64,000 bases of DNA from Thiobacillus sp. (lineage in GTDB: Bacteria > Pseudomonadota > Gammaproteobacteria > Burkholderiales > Thiobacillaceae). A model generated the notes under the pieces. It was not told the origin of the DNA, made no database searches, and was given only the letters and a program-made list of their open reading frames with translations. How positions within the stretch are numbered: position 1 is the first letter of the stretch; every line of letters starts with the position of its first letter. Shown piece after piece: positions 9,291-19,214 of this stretch. The translations under genes were made by a program, and so were the position numbers. The DNA is taken from contig JBGAFQ010000002.1 of NCBI GenBank assembly GCA_044227195.1, positions 7,375 through 71,374 on the forward strand, in the 5' to 3' direction.

Positions 9291-10227
9291 AGGCCGCTAC
9301 ACCCTGGTCGGCACCCTGGTACTGGCCGTGGTCGCGCTGATGACGCTGGCCATCGTCTGGCTCGCCGGCGTGGCCGACACCATCGCCTACCAGACCTACA
9401 CCATCTATTTCAAACAGCAGTCGCTCGACGGTCTGGCGGTCGGCAGCCCGGTGAAAATGCGCGGCATCAAGATCGGCGTGGTCGATGGCTATCGTTTTGC
9501 CCAGGGCGGCGACGAAGCGGTCAGCGTGACCGCGCGCCTCGACGAGGGCGTGCCGGTGCACGCCGGCGCGGTAGCCTACATCAAGCGCAATCTGGTCACC
9601 GGCATCGCGGCGGTCGAGATCGACAACGGCCCGTCGGACAAGCCGCTGCTCGACAAGGCGCCGGCCGGCGAACGCTATCCCGTCATCGCCGAGGGCAGTT
9701 CGGACATCGACAAGGTCGCCACCGCCGTGTCCCGGCTGGCGGTCAACGGCGCGCAGGTGCTGGAGAAGATGAATACCCTGCTGTCGGACGAGAACCAGCG
9801 CGCGCTCAGCCAGACGCTCGCGCACCTGAACGAACTCTCCGGCCATCTCGCCGCCAACAAGACCGGCCTCGATGCGGCGGTGCAGGGCATCCGCGATGCC
9901 TCCGACGAATTCCGCTTTGCCGGCGCCAGCATCAGCCAGGCGGCCACGCGCGCAGAAGGCAGCATCGTCGGCGTGGGCCGGAATGCCGACAACGCCCTGA
10001 AGGAGGCCACGGCCGCCATGGCCAAACTGCAACAGGATGCCAACGACATTTCCAGCCGCATCCAGCAGCTCAGCGAAACCGGCACGCTGGAAATCACCAA
10101 CGTCAGCCGCGACGTACGCACCAGTGCCGACGTGCTCACCACCGCCGGCCAGCGCCTGTCCAATCCGCGCGCCATCCTGTTCGGCCCCGTCAATCAGCAG
10201 CTGGGTCCCGGAGAAAAACTGCCATGA
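9280..10227 (+). CDS. MlaD/MCE-family protein
   Basis: N-terminal TM helix, GLAVGSPVKMRGIKIGVV MCE motif, long helical C-terminus. Confidence 0.88.
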   Translation: METEGRYTLVGTLVLAVVALMTLAIVWLAGVADTIAYQTYTIYFKQQSLDGLAVGSPVKMRGIKIGVVDGYRFAQGGDEAVSVTARLDEGVPVHAGAVAYIKRNLVTGIAAVEIDNGPSDKPLLDKAPAGERYPVIAEGSSDIDKVATAVSRLAVNGAQVLEKMNTLLSDENQRALSQTLAHLNELSGHLAANKTGLDAAVQGIRDASDEFRFAGASISQAATRAEGSIVGVGRNADNALKEATAAMAKLQQDANDISSRIQQLSETGTLEITNVSRDVRTSADVLTTAGQRLSNPRAILFGPVNQQLGPGEKLP

Positions 10228-10847
10228 AAAAAGGTATTGCCCTGGCCGCGCTTGCGCTGCTGCTTGCGGGGTGCGTGAATTTCGGCGATCAGCCAGACAG
10301 TCCGGCTGCAACCTACTATGTGCTCGACGATGCCGCATCCGGAAAACCGGAGGCAGCGAAAGTCGCCGATTCGCCGCGCGCGGCGGCACAGGCCCCGGTC
10401 CTGCTCGTCCTCGACACCACCGCCAGCGGCTTCTACGACTCGGATCAGCTCGTTTTCAGCCGAGCCGCCGGCACGCGCGGCCAGTACCAGTTCGCGCGCT
10501 GGACCGAACGGCCGGGCAAGCGTTTCGCCGACCTGCTGCGCGCCCGTCTCGACCGTCAGGGAAGCTGGAGGATTGCCAGCGCAGGCGGCTACGTGCGCGG
10601 CGACCTGATGCTGGATACCGAACTGGTCGAGTTCTATCACGACGCAACGACCGTGCCCGGCACGCTGCGCCTCGTGCTGCGCGCCGAGTTGATCGACCTC
10701 AGGCAGCGCACGCTGGTCGGACGGCACGTCTTCGAGCAAAGCGTGCCGCTGGCAAGCTTCGACGCTGCAGGCGCCGCGCAGGCGTCCAGCGAGGCCGTCG
10801 CGCGCACGCTCGACGCCTTGACCGCCTGGCTGGCGTCGCCGCAATAA
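10224..10847 (+). CDS. PqiC-like ABC transport auxiliary lipoprotein
   Basis: Lipobox LAGC, YQFARWTERP; last gene of the MCE operon. Confidence 0.82.
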   Translation: MKKGIALAALALLLAGCVNFGDQPDSPAATYYVLDDAASGKPEAAKVADSPRAAAQAPVLLVLDTTASGFYDSDQLVFSRAAGTRGQYQFARWTERPGKRFADLLRARLDRQGSWRIASAGGYVRGDLMLDTELVEFYHDATTVPGTLRLVLRAELIDLRQRTLVGRHVFEQSVPLASFDAAGAAQASSEAVARTLDALTAWLASPQ

Positions 10848-10891
10848 GCGCCTATATTTCAGGACATCCACAACAAGAACGGGAGGGAGAC

Positions 10892-11320
10892 ATGAAAGCC
10901 TTGCTGCTTGCCTTCGCGCTGGGAATCGCCGCCGTGCCTGCGCATGCCGAGATCGCACAGAAATTCGGGGCGATCGAAATCCATTACAACGCGCTGCCGA
11001 CCGACGAACTTCTGCCTGACGTCGCACGCTCGTACAAGATCGAGCGCAGCAAGACGCGCGGTCTTCTGACCATGTCGGTGCTGAAGAAGAACCAGGTCGG
11101 CGCCTTGACCCCGATCCCCGCCAAACTGTCGATCTACGCCACCAACCTCAATCTCCAGCTGGCCAACATCGACATGCGCGAAATCCGGGAGGGTACGGCA
11201 ATCTACTATCTCGGCGAATTCCGGTTCGCGCCGCCCGACACCCTGAAATTCACCGCCACCGTCGAGGTCGCGGGCGAGCCCAAGCGCGAAATCACGTTCG
11301 AGCAGAAGTTCTACAAATAA
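10892..11320 (+). CDS. DUF4426-like exported protein
   Basis: GGGAG RBS, signal peptide, IHYNA..T..L.P.VARSY.IERS, REIREG.AIYY. Confidence 0.75.
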   Translation: MKALLLAFALGIAAVPAHAEIAQKFGAIEIHYNALPTDELLPDVARSYKIERSKTRGLLTMSVLKKNQVGALTPIPAKLSIYATNLNLQLANIDMREIREGTAIYYLGEFRFAPPDTLKFTATVEVAGEPKREITFEQKFYK

Positions 11321-11335
11321 GCCCGTACGTCCAGC

Positions 11336-11358
11336 GCCCCGGCAACGGGGCTTTTTTT
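11336..11358 (+). terminator. Intrinsic terminator
   Basis: GCCCC-GGCAAC-GGGGC followed by T7. Confidence 0.75.
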
Positions 11359-11369
11359 CGCCTGCCGCC

Positions 11370-13163
11370 ATGACAGACTCCACCTCGATACGCTTTCCCA
11401 CTTGGCTCGGCCTCGCGCAGGGCGCCGCGCTGTATGCCCTGTACAAGAGCCACCAGGAAAAACTCTGGCCGCCCGAACTGGGTGCGCTGTTCAATGCGCT
11501 GTTGCTGACGCTTTTGCTGCTGCCCTGCGTCGCGTACTGGGGGCAGGGCGTGCTGGGCCGGCCGGCCGCGCGCCGCCTGCTGATCGCGGCGGGCCTCGTG
11601 CTGGCTGGCATCGGCGCCTATCAGGGCGCGACGACGTTTCCGCTGCCCGGCGCCGTGCGCCCGCAGATCGCGCCTGCGCCGGCCTTTTTGGGGCTGGCGA
11701 TGCTCGCCTTCATGGCGGTGCCGCTGATGGCGGGCCGGGCGCGCGGCACCGCGGGCGCGGTGCTGGGCGCGTGGCATTACCCGCGGCTGTTCGAAGTGGC
11801 CTGGCGCAATGCCGTGATCACCGCGCAGGCCGGCGTGCTCACGGGCCTGCTGTGGATCGTGCTGACGCTGGGCGCGCAGCTGTTCCATCTCATCGGCGTG
11901 GACTGGCCGAAAGAGACGATCGCCAAGGCCTGGTTCGCCATTCCCGTCACCACCCTGTCGATTGCGCTCGGCCTCGCCGCCGGATTGCGCCGCGCGGCGT
12001 TCACGGTCACGCTGCGCAACCACTGGCTGGCGCTCATCGTCTGGCTGCTGCCGCTGGCCAGCCTGATCGGCACCGCGTTCGTGCTCACCAGTCCGGCCGG
12101 CGTCGACAGGCAGTTCGAGCGCGGCCTGTCCGCATTCTTCCTGCTGTGGTTCGCCGCCTTCTGGGTCAAGTTCTACAACGCCGCCTTCCAGGACGGCGAA
12201 GCCGAACCGGCCTTGCATCCCGCGTTGCGCCACGTCCTGCCCTTCGCCAGCCTCGCGCTCGTCGGCGTGGTCGGCCTGGCGGCCTGGGCGCTGGCGCTGC
12301 GCATCCTGCAATACGGCCTGACGCCGGATCGCATCTGGGGCACCCTGGTCGTGGCGGTCGGCCTGATCTACGCCGTCGGCTACGCTTGGTCGCTGCGCTG
12401 GCCGGACGGCCGCTGGATGGCCGGCATCGCGCCGGCCAACGTCGTCGCCGCGCTGACGATGTGCGCGGGCATCGTGCTGCTGCTGTCGCCCGCGCTCGAC
12501 GTCAACCGGCTCGCCACCGCCAGCCAGCTGGCGCGCCTGCAATCCGGCCGCACGCCCGCGGACGGCTTCGACGTGCATGCGCTGGCAAGGCAGGGCCGCG
12601 CCGGCCACGATGCCTTGCTCGAACTGAAGCAGCGGCGCGGCGCGGACGGCAAGCCCGACGCGCTGGCGCTGCGCGCCGAGGATGCCTTCGACCGGGCCGG
12701 GCGCTACGCCCGCGGTTTCGGCGAAGACCGCGACGCGGATGCGAAATCGGTACGTTTCGACGCGGCCCGGGTCGACCGCTATCCATCCGCCAAGCCCCTG
12801 CCGCCGGAATTGTCCGCTTTTCTCGACAAGGAAGTCGCGCGCTGGCAGCCCTGGCAGCGCAGCCAGAGCTGTTTCGCGCCGACCGCCGGCAAGGCGCGCT
12901 GCACGTTGCTGCAGATCGATCTCGACCGCGACGGCCGCGACGAAGTCGTGTTCTGGAAAATGCAGGACGAACTCCAGCCCGAGGTGTACGGCATCGAACG
13001 GGGCAAATGGCGGCGCATCGGCACCCTGCTGGCAGGCAACGGCGCCGCGCCGGACAGCGCGCGCGTCGAACTGGCCACCGGCGACTATGCCGCGAAGCCG
13101 CTGCGCTGGGACGAGCTGCGCGTGGGCGCGACGCGTTTCCTGATATTCGAGGAAGCCGAATAG
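11370..13163 (+). CDS. DUF4153-like polytopic membrane protein
   Basis: About 12 hydrophobic segments, LRILQYGLTPDRIW motif, soluble C-terminal domain. Confidence 0.7.
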   Translation: MTDSTSIRFPTWLGLAQGAALYALYKSHQEKLWPPELGALFNALLLTLLLLPCVAYWGQGVLGRPAARRLLIAAGLVLAGIGAYQGATTFPLPGAVRPQIAPAPAFLGLAMLAFMAVPLMAGRARGTAGAVLGAWHYPRLFEVAWRNAVITAQAGVLTGLLWIVLTLGAQLFHLIGVDWPKETIAKAWFAIPVTTLSIALGLAAGLRRAAFTVTLRNHWLALIVWLLPLASLIGTAFVLTSPAGVDRQFERGLSAFFLLWFAAFWVKFYNAAFQDGEAEPALHPALRHVLPFASLALVGVVGLAAWALALRILQYGLTPDRIWGTLVVAVGLIYAVGYAWSLRWPDGRWMAGIAPANVVAALTMCAGIVLLLSPALDVNRLATASQLARLQSGRTPADGFDVHALARQGRAGHDALLELKQRRGADGKPDALALRAEDAFDRAGRYARGFGEDRDADAKSVRFDAARVDRYPSAKPLPPELSAFLDKEVARWQPWQRSQSCFAPTAGKARCTLLQIDLDRDGRDEVVFWKMQDELQPEVYGIERGKWRRIGTLLAGNGAAPDSARVELATGDYAAKPLRWDELRVGATRFLIFEEAE

Positions 13164-13164
13164 C

Positions 13165-13199
13165 TTGACAGCGCCCGGTATGTACATAGACTGTACATA
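13165..13199 (+). promoter_or_regulatory. Sigma70 promoter with TGTACA palindromic operators
   Basis: TTGACA 13165-13170, 16 nt, TAGACT 13187-13192. A perfect palindrome TATGTACATA (13179-13188) and a second TGTACATA (13192-13199) flank the -10. Confidence 0.75.
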
Positions 13200-13221
13200 T
13201 TCATCTTCATCCGGAGTCGTC

Positions 13222-13521
13222 ATGACCGCAGCCGTCGAACGCATCGTGGTGCAGGCCACCGCGGCGGACAAGCAAGCCATCGCCGACAAGGCGAAAAAAC
13301 TCGATATCCCCGTGTCGGAACTGATGCGGCGCGGCGCCTTCGCCTACCAGGCGGGCGAGCACGAGGCCGAACTGGCCACGCTGGCCGACGCCGCCAAATC
13401 CGCGGCCGACCGCGCAGGTGCTGCCATCGACGATGCCCTGGCCTTCATCGAGGCGAGCAACAAGCGCATCGCCGCGATGGAAGCGAAGGCCGCCAAAGCC
13501 GCCGCCAAAAGGGGCGGTTGA
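13222..13521 (+). CDS. Ribbon-helix-helix-like small protein with alanine-rich helical tail
   Basis: GGAG RBS; ERIVVQAT (strand), AADKQAIADKAKKL (helix), DIPVSELMRRG (RHH-type second helix). Confidence 0.7.
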   Translation: MTAAVERIVVQATAADKQAIADKAKKLDIPVSELMRRGAFAYQAGEHEAELATLADAAKSAADRAGAAIDDALAFIEASNKRIAAMEAKAAKAAAKRGG

Positions 13522-13715
13522 TGGGCGTGACCGAACGCGTCTGGGGCGCGCTCACGGCCATGATCAAGCTGGAAGACAAGGTCGACCGCCAGGCCGAGGC
13601 GATGAAACAGCAGCAGCAGAAGATCGAGGACCTCACCGGCCGCGTCATCCGCCTGGAAGCGCAACTGGAATTGCTGACCGGCGCCGCGCTGGTCAAGAGA
13701 CTCAAGGGAAGCTGA
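13521..13715 (+). CDS. 64-aa coiled-coil hypothetical protein
   Basis: TGATG coupling to the upstream gene; heptad pattern LEDKVDRQAEAMKQQQQKIEDLTGRVIRLEAQLELL. Confidence 0.7.
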   Translation: MGVTERVWGALTAMIKLEDKVDRQAEAMKQQQQKIEDLTGRVIRLEAQLELLTGAALVKRLKGS

Positions 13716-13721
13716 GCGGGT

Positions 13722-14393
13722 TCAGAACCAGCCCAATACCAGGGTAATCAGCCCCCACACCCCGAAGCCCGCCACCGCCAGCCCCGCCGCGCGGCGTACC
13801 CATACCTGCTGCATGAAGGGCTGGATCTGCCGCGCGAACAGGCCCATGCCCAGCAGATTCGGCAGGGTGCCGAGGCCGAAGGCCAGCATCAGCGCCGCGC
13901 CGGAAGTCGCGCTGCCCGCCGCCAGTGCCGACACCAGCACCGAATACACCAGCCCGCACGGCAGCCAGCCCCAGGCCATGCCGGCCAGCACCGCCTGCGG
14001 CACGGATTTCACCGGCAGCAGTTTCTGGAACAGCGGCCGCACCCGGTTCCACAGGGCACCGCCGGCGCGCTCGAACACCAGCACCCATTGATTGAACCCG
14101 GCCAGATACAGGCCGAGCAGGATCATCACGAGCTGCGCCAGCACGAACAGCAGCGTCTGCACCGGCATGAAGTCGGCGAGCTTCAGCGACGCGCCCAGCG
14201 TGCCGGCCAGCGCGCCGAAGACCACGTACGACGTTACCCGCCCCAGGTTGTAGGCGAGATGCAGGCGGAACGGCGGCGCGCTGCCGTCGGCACGGAAGGA
14301 AAACGCCGCGACGATGCCGCCGCACATGCCGACGCAGTGCACGCCGCCCAGCAAGCCCGCGAGCAGGGCGGTGAGGAGGGAGAGTTCGATCAT
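13722..14393 (-). CDS. DsbD_2/TauE-SafE-like membrane protein
   Basis: LLGGVHCVGMCGG and GWLPCGLVY motifs. Confidence 0.85.
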   Translation of the reverse strand: MIELSLLTALLAGLLGGVHCVGMCGGIVAAFSFRADGSAPPFRLHLAYNLGRVTSYVVFGALAGTLGASLKLADFMPVQTLLFVLAQLVMILLGLYLAGFNQWVLVFERAGGALWNRVRPLFQKLLPVKSVPQAVLAGMAWGWLPCGLVYSVLVSALAAGSATSGAALMLAFGLGTLPNLLGMGLFARQIQPFMQQVWVRRAAGLAVAGFGVWGLITLVLGWF

Positions 14394-15703
14394 GTTTTCC
14401 CGGTGCTGCGGGAAACCAGCCACACCAGAACCAGCACCGGCACGCCGATGGCTGCCGTGGTGGTGAAGAAATTCGCCCAGCCGTAGGCATCGACGAATTC
14501 GCCGGAAAAACCGGCGATGAACTTGGGCAGCAGCAGCATCACCGAGGTGAACAGGGCATACTGCGTGGCCGAGTACGCCTGGTTCACCAGACTGGAGAGA
14601 TAGGCGACGAAGGCCGAGGAGGCGATCCCGGCCGAGAGATTGTCGGCCGACACCGTGAATACCAGCGCGCTCACGTCGTGGCCGCGCCCGGCCAGCCAGA
14701 CGAACAATAGATTGGTCGCGGCGGAGAGCAGCGCGCCGAGGAACAGCGTGCGCATCACGCCGAGCCGCAGCGTCAGAATGCCGCCGAGTCCGGCGCCGGC
14801 GATGGTCATGATCACGCCGTACACCTTGGACACCGTGGCGACCTCGTCCTTGGTGAAGCCCATCTCCTGGTAGAAGGGGTTGCTCATCACGCCCATCACC
14901 ACGTCGGAGATGCGGTACACCGCAATCAAGGCCAGCAGCAACACGGCCTGCCACTTGAAGCGCGCGAAGAAATCGACGAAGGGTTGCACGAAACTCGTTG
15001 CCAGCCAGTGGGCGAAGCCCTGTTCGGCGATGTGTGGCAGGGGGGCGGCGTGTGCCGGCTCGCGGATGATCAGCGTGGTGAGGATGCCAACCAGCATGAA
15101 TGCCGTCATCGCCGTGTACGCCACCTGCCACGGGCGGAAATCGTAGGTCGCCTCGGAGGGGTCGATCGCCGCCGCGATCCACAATGCCCCGGCACCGGCG
15201 GTGATCATCGCGATGCGGTAGCCGGCCTGGTAGGTCGCAGCCATCGCGCCCTGTTTCTCGGTTTCCACCGCCTCGATCCGGTAGGCGTCGAGCGCGATGT
15301 CCTGCGTCGCCGAGGCGAAGGCCACCGTCAGCGCGAAGAACACCGTGTGCGCCAGGTTCACCGCCGGGTCGGTATTGGCCATGCCGAGCAGTGCAGCGGC
15401 AATGCAGACCTGCGACAGCAGCAGCCACGCCCGCCGCTTGCCCAGGGTGCGGGTGAGTACCGGCAAGCTCAGCCGGTCCACCAGCGGCGACCAGACGAAC
15501 TTGAAGCCATACGCCAGCCCCACCCACGAAAGATGCCCGATGGTCGCGCGGTCTATGCCCGCTTCCGAGAGCCAGAACGACAGCGTGCCCAGTACCAGCA
15601 GCAGCGGCAGCCCGGCGGAAAAGCCGAGGAACAGCATGCCGACGACGCGGGGGTGGGTGTAGACCTTGAGCGCGGCAAGCCAGGGGTGGGCAGGTAGGGT
15701 CAT
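14390..15703 (-). CDS. ampG: AmpG muropeptide MFS permease
   Basis: [42 protein letters not shown]. Confidence 0.92.
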   Translation of the reverse strand: MTLPAHPWLAALKVYTHPRVVGMLFLGFSAGLPLLLVLGTLSFWLSEAGIDRATIGHLSWVGLAYGFKFVWSPLVDRLSLPVLTRTLGKRRAWLLLSQVCIAAALLGMANTDPAVNLAHTVFFALTVAFASATQDIALDAYRIEAVETEKQGAMAATYQAGYRIAMITAGAGALWIAAAIDPSEATYDFRPWQVAYTAMTAFMLVGILTTLIIREPAHAAPLPHIAEQGFAHWLATSFVQPFVDFFARFKWQAVLLLALIAVYRISDVVMGVMSNPFYQEMGFTKDEVATVSKVYGVIMTIAGAGLGGILTLRLGVMRTLFLGALLSAATNLLFVWLAGRGHDVSALVFTVSADNLSAGIASSAFVAYLSSLVNQAYSATQYALFTSVMLLLPKFIAGFSGEFVDAYGWANFFTTTAAIGVPVLVLVWLVSRSTGKT

Positions 15704-16479
15704 GGGCCGTAATCGTAATCGACGATCAGCGGCGCGTGGTCGGAAAAACGCTGGTCCTTGTAGACGCTGCCGGCGGCGGCGGTCTTTGCAATCCCCGGCG
15801 TGGCGATCTGGTAGTCGATGCGCCAGCCCACGTTGTTGGCCCAGGCCTGGCCGCGGTTGCTCCACCAGGTGTAGGCCTCGCCGGTCTGCTCGGGGTAAAG
15901 GCTGCGGTAGACGTCGACCCAGCCGAGTTCGTCGAAGAGCTTGGTCATCCAGGCGCGTTCCTCGGGCAGGAAGCCGGAGTTCTTCTGGTTGGACTTCCAG
16001 TTCTTGAGGTCGATTTCGCGGTGGGCGATGTTCCAGTCACCGCAGACGACGATCTCGCGCCCGGTGCTGATGAGTGCCTGGAGATGTGGGTAGAAGGCCT
16101 CCATGAAGCGGAACTTGGCTTCCTGGCGTTCCGGGCTGGACGAGCCGGAGGGCTGGTAGAGCGAAATCACCGAGAGCTTGCCGCGCCGCACTTCGACGTA
16201 GCGGCCTTCGGCGTCGAATTCGGCGTTGCCGAGGCCGACGACGACTTCGTCCGGCGCGTGGCGGGTGTAGAGGCCGACGCCGGAATAGCCCTTCTTCTCG
16301 GCGTAGTGGAAGTGGCCGGCCAGCCCGTCGCAGGTGCGGAATTCGGGGCGCATGTCGGCGTCCTGGGCTTTCAGTTCCTGCACGCAGACGAAGTCGGCTT
16401 GTTGCGTGGGCAGCCAGTCGAAGAAGCCCTTGGTCGCGGCAGAACGGATGCCGTTGAGGTTGGCCGATATAATGCGCAT
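15700..16479 (-). CDS. xth: Exodeoxyribonuclease III
   Basis: [33 protein letters not shown]. Confidence 0.95.
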   Translation of the reverse strand: MRIISANLNGIRSAATKGFFDWLPTQQADFVCVQELKAQDADMRPEFRTCDGLAGHFHYAEKKGYSGVGLYTRHAPDEVVVGLGNAEFDAEGRYVEVRRGKLSVISLYQPSGSSSPERQEAKFRFMEAFYPHLQALISTGREIVVCGDWNIAHREIDLKNWKSNQKNSGFLPEERAWMTKLFDELGWVDVYRSLYPEQTGEAYTWWSNRGQAWANNVGWRIDYQIATPGIAKTAAAGSVYKDQRFSDHAPLIVDYDYGP

Positions 16480-16509
16480 CGCAGTTGTTTATTAAAGAAA
16501 AGTGAAGAG

Positions 16510-17148
16510 ATGTCCGATTACAGAGCCGATTTTGTGGAATTCGCCGTGGCGTCGAAGGTGCTGTGCTTTGGCGCGTTCAAGACCAAGGCCGGGCGGCTGA
16601 GTCCATACTTCTTCAACGCGGGCTTGTTCAACGATGGCGAGAAGCTGAAGCGGCTCGGCGAATTCTACGCGAAAGCGATTGTGGACTCGGGCATCGCGTT
16701 CGACGTGCTGTTCGGGCCGGCCTACAAGGGGATTCCGCTGGCGGCGAGCATCGCGATCGCGCTGGCCGGCATGGGCAGAAACGTGCCGTTCGCGTTCAAC
16801 CGCAAGGAAGCCAAGGATCACGGCGAAGGCGGGACGGTGGTAGGTGCGAAGCTGGAGGGCAGGGTGCTGATCGTGGACGACGTGATCTCGGCGGGCACCT
16901 CGGTGCGCGAGTCGGTGGAACTGATTCGCAGTGCAGGCGCCCAACCGGCAGGCGTGGTGATCGCGCTGGATCGCATGGAGCGCGGCACGGGCGCAGAATC
17001 TGCTGTGCAGGAAGTGCGTGGGCAGTACGGGATTCCGGTAGTGGCGGTGGTCACCTTGGACGATTTGTTGGGGTATTTGGAGCGCAATGCGAACCGAAAA
17101 GCTGAACTGCAAGCCGTGGCGGCCTATCGTGCGACGTACGGCGTCTAG
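16510..17148 (+). CDS. pyrE: Orotate phosphoribosyltransferase
   Basis: [34 protein letters not shown]. Confidence 0.96.
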   Translation: MSDYRADFVEFAVASKVLCFGAFKTKAGRLSPYFFNAGLFNDGEKLKRLGEFYAKAIVDSGIAFDVLFGPAYKGIPLAASIAIALAGMGRNVPFAFNRKEAKDHGEGGTVVGAKLEGRVLIVDDVISAGTSVRESVELIRSAGAQPAGVVIALDRMERGTGAESAVQEVRGQYGIPVVAVVTLDDLLGYLERNANRKAELQAVAAYRATYGV

Positions 17149-17731
17149 TGCGCTGCTGGCGCTGCTGCTGGCGGCGGGCATGGCGCACGCCGCCATGTAC
17201 CGCTGGGTGGACAGCAACGGTCGCGTGCACTACGGCGACACCCTGCCGCCGACCTACCAGAAGAGCGGCGCGTCCGAGATGGACAAGCAGGGCAACGTCA
17301 TCAAGCGCACGCAGTCCGAGGCGGAGCGTCGCGCCGAGGCGGAGCGGCAGGCGGAGGAGCAGCGCCGGCGCGAGGAACAGAACAAGCAGGCGCAGTTCGA
17401 CCGCGCGCTGACCCAGACCTACACCACCGAAGCCGAGATCGATCTGGCCCGCGACCGCGCGCTGGAGCACCACAAGCTGGTGATCAAGAGCACGGAAATC
17501 CGCATGCAGGCGGTGAACGCCACGCTCGCCGACCTGCGCGAACGCATGGCGCGCATCGAGAAGAACGGCCGCAAGCCGGGGCCGAACCTGGTCGAGCAGC
17601 GGCAGCAATCCGAGCGCGAACTGCAGGAGCTGAAGCGCACGATCCAGACCAACCAGGATGCGCTGACGGCGGTGCGCGCGAAATACGAGGCCGACAAGCT
17701 CAGGTTCCGCGAGTTGACCGCCAAACCCTGA
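17129..17731 (+). CDS. DUF4124-domain exported coiled-coil protein
   Basis: Signal peptide then [15 protein letters not shown]. The start is uncertain (GTG 17129 or 17087). Confidence 0.82.
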   Translation: MRRTASSALLALLLAAGMAHAAMYRWVDSNGRVHYGDTLPPTYQKSGASEMDKQGNVIKRTQSEAERRAEAERQAEEQRRREEQNKQAQFDRALTQTYTTEAEIDLARDRALEHHKLVIKSTEIRMQAVNATLADLRERMARIEKNGRKPGPNLVEQRQQSERELQELKRTIQTNQDALTAVRAKYEADKLRFRELTAKP

Positions 17732-17742
17732 TCGGTGCCGGG

Positions 17743-17784
17743 CGCAATTGAAAACGGGGCCGTCAGGCCCCGTTTTCAATTGCG
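17743..17784. terminator. Bidirectional terminator between convergent genes
   Basis: Perfect 19-bp arms (CGCAATTGAAAACGGGGCC and its complement) around a GTCA loop, with A/T tracts usable in both directions. Confidence 0.88.
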
Positions 17785-17786
17785 GT

Positions 17787-19214
17787 TCACTGCAGCCTGG
17801 TTTTCAGGCGTTCGTTGACCTGCGCGGGGTTGGCCTTGCCGCGCGAAGCCTTCATCACCTGCCCGACCAGCGCATTGAAGGCCTTTTCCTTGCCGGCGCG
17901 GAACTCCTCGACCGATTTCGGGTTCGCAGCGAGCACCTCGTCGATGATCTTTTCCAGTTCGCCGGAATCGGACATCTGCTTGAGGCCGCGCGCCTCGATG
18001 ATGGCATCGACTTCGCCGGCGCCTTCCCACAGGCCTTCGAACACCTGCTTGGCGAGCTTGCCGGAGAGCGTGCCGTCCTGGATTCGATTGATCAGTGCGC
18101 CGAGCTGGACGGCTGAAACGGAGCTTTGCGCGATGTCGCGCTCGGCCTTGTTGAGCGCGGCCGAGAGTTCTCCCATCACCCAGTTGGCAGCGAGCTTGCC
18201 CTGCCCGCAGGCCCTGGCGGCAGTCTCGAAATAATCGGCGAGCGCGCGCGAGCCGGTCAGCACGCCGGCGTCGTAAGCCGACACGCCGTACTGCTCGACG
18301 AAGCGGGCCTGCATCGCGGCGGGCAGTTCGGGCAGCGCGTTCTTGACCGCAGCGATCCAGTCGTCGTCCAGCTTCACCGGCAGGAGGTCGGGGTCGGGGA
18401 AATAACGGTAGTCGTGTGCGTCTTCCTTGCTGCGCATCATGCGCGTCTCGCCGGTGTCGGGATCGAACAGCACGGTGGCCTGCTGGATCCTGTGGCCATC
18501 CTCGATCTGCTCGATCTGCCAGCGGACCTCGTAATCAATGGCCTGCTGCAGGAAACGGAAGGAATTGAGGTTCTTGATCTCGCGGCGGGTGCCGAATTCG
18601 GCCTGGCCGACCGGGCGCACCGAGACGTTGGCGTCCACGCGGAAGCTGCCTTCCTGCATGTTGCCGTCGCAGATGCCGATCCAGGTGACCAGCGTGTGCA
18701 GCGCCTTCGCATACGCCACCGCTTCGGTGGAGGAACGCAAGTCGGGCTCGGAGACGATCTCGAGCAGCGGCGTGCCGGCACGGTTGAGGTCGATGCCGGT
18801 CATGCCGTGGAAATCCTCGTGCAGCGACTTGCCGGCGTCTTCCTCCATGTGCGCGCGGGTGATGCGGATGGTTTTCTCCTCATCTCCCACCGCGATTTTC
18901 AGCGCGCCGAATTCGACGATAGGCTTGGCGAGTTGGCTGATCTGGTAGCCCTTGGGAAGATCAGGATAGAAGTAATTTTTCCGGTCGAACACGTTCACGC
19001 GGTTGAGCGTGGCGCCGATGGCGAGGCCGAACTTGATCGCGCACTCTACCGCCCCGCGGTTCAAGACGGGCAGCACGCCGGGCAGGGCGATGTCGACCGC
19101 AGAGGCCTGTGTGTTGGGCGCGGCGCCGAAGGCGGTGCTGCTGCCCGAGAAGATTTTCGACTGGGTGGCGAGCTGGGTATGGACTTCCAGCCCGATGACG
19201 GTCTCCCACTTCAT
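17787..19214 (-). CDS. gatB: Asp/Glu-tRNA amidotransferase subunit B
   Basis: [39 protein letters not shown]. Confidence 0.97.
   Translation of the reverse strand: MKWETVIGLEVHTQLATQSKIFSGSSTAFGAAPNTQASAVDIALPGVLPVLNRGAVECAIKFGLAIGATLNRVNVFDRKNYFYPDLPKGYQISQLAKPIVEFGALKIAVGDEEKTIRITRAHMEEDAGKSLHEDFHGMTGIDLNRAGTPLLEIVSEPDLRSSTEAVAYAKALHTLVTWIGICDGNMQEGSFRVDANVSVRPVGQAEFGTRREIKNLNSFRFLQQAIDYEVRWQIEQIEDGHRIQQATVLFDPDTGETRMMRSKEDAHDYRYFPDPDLLPVKLDDDWIAAVKNALPELPAAMQARFVEQYGVSAYDAGVLTGSRALADYFETAARACGQGKLAANWVMGELSAALNKAERDIAQSSVSAVQLGALINRIQDGTLSGKLAKQVFEGLWEGAGEVDAIIEARGLKQMSDSGELEKIIDEVLAANPKSVEEFRAGKEKAFNALVGQVMKASRGKANPAQVNERLKTRLQ

Noticed and set aside
7429-10847. MCE/Mla-Pqi operon as a novel system
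   Set aside because: It is the standard four-gene arrangement with canonical motifs.
13191-13206. LexA box (CTGT-N8-ACAG) here and near 39920
   Set aside because: Only the CTGT half is present in both places.
17743-17784. 19-bp perfect palindrome as a MITE or mobile element (it also creates twin MKTGP.GPVFNC ORF starts)
   Set aside because: It has a 4-nt loop, A/T tracts and a position between convergent stops, with no target duplication. A bidirectional terminator explains it.
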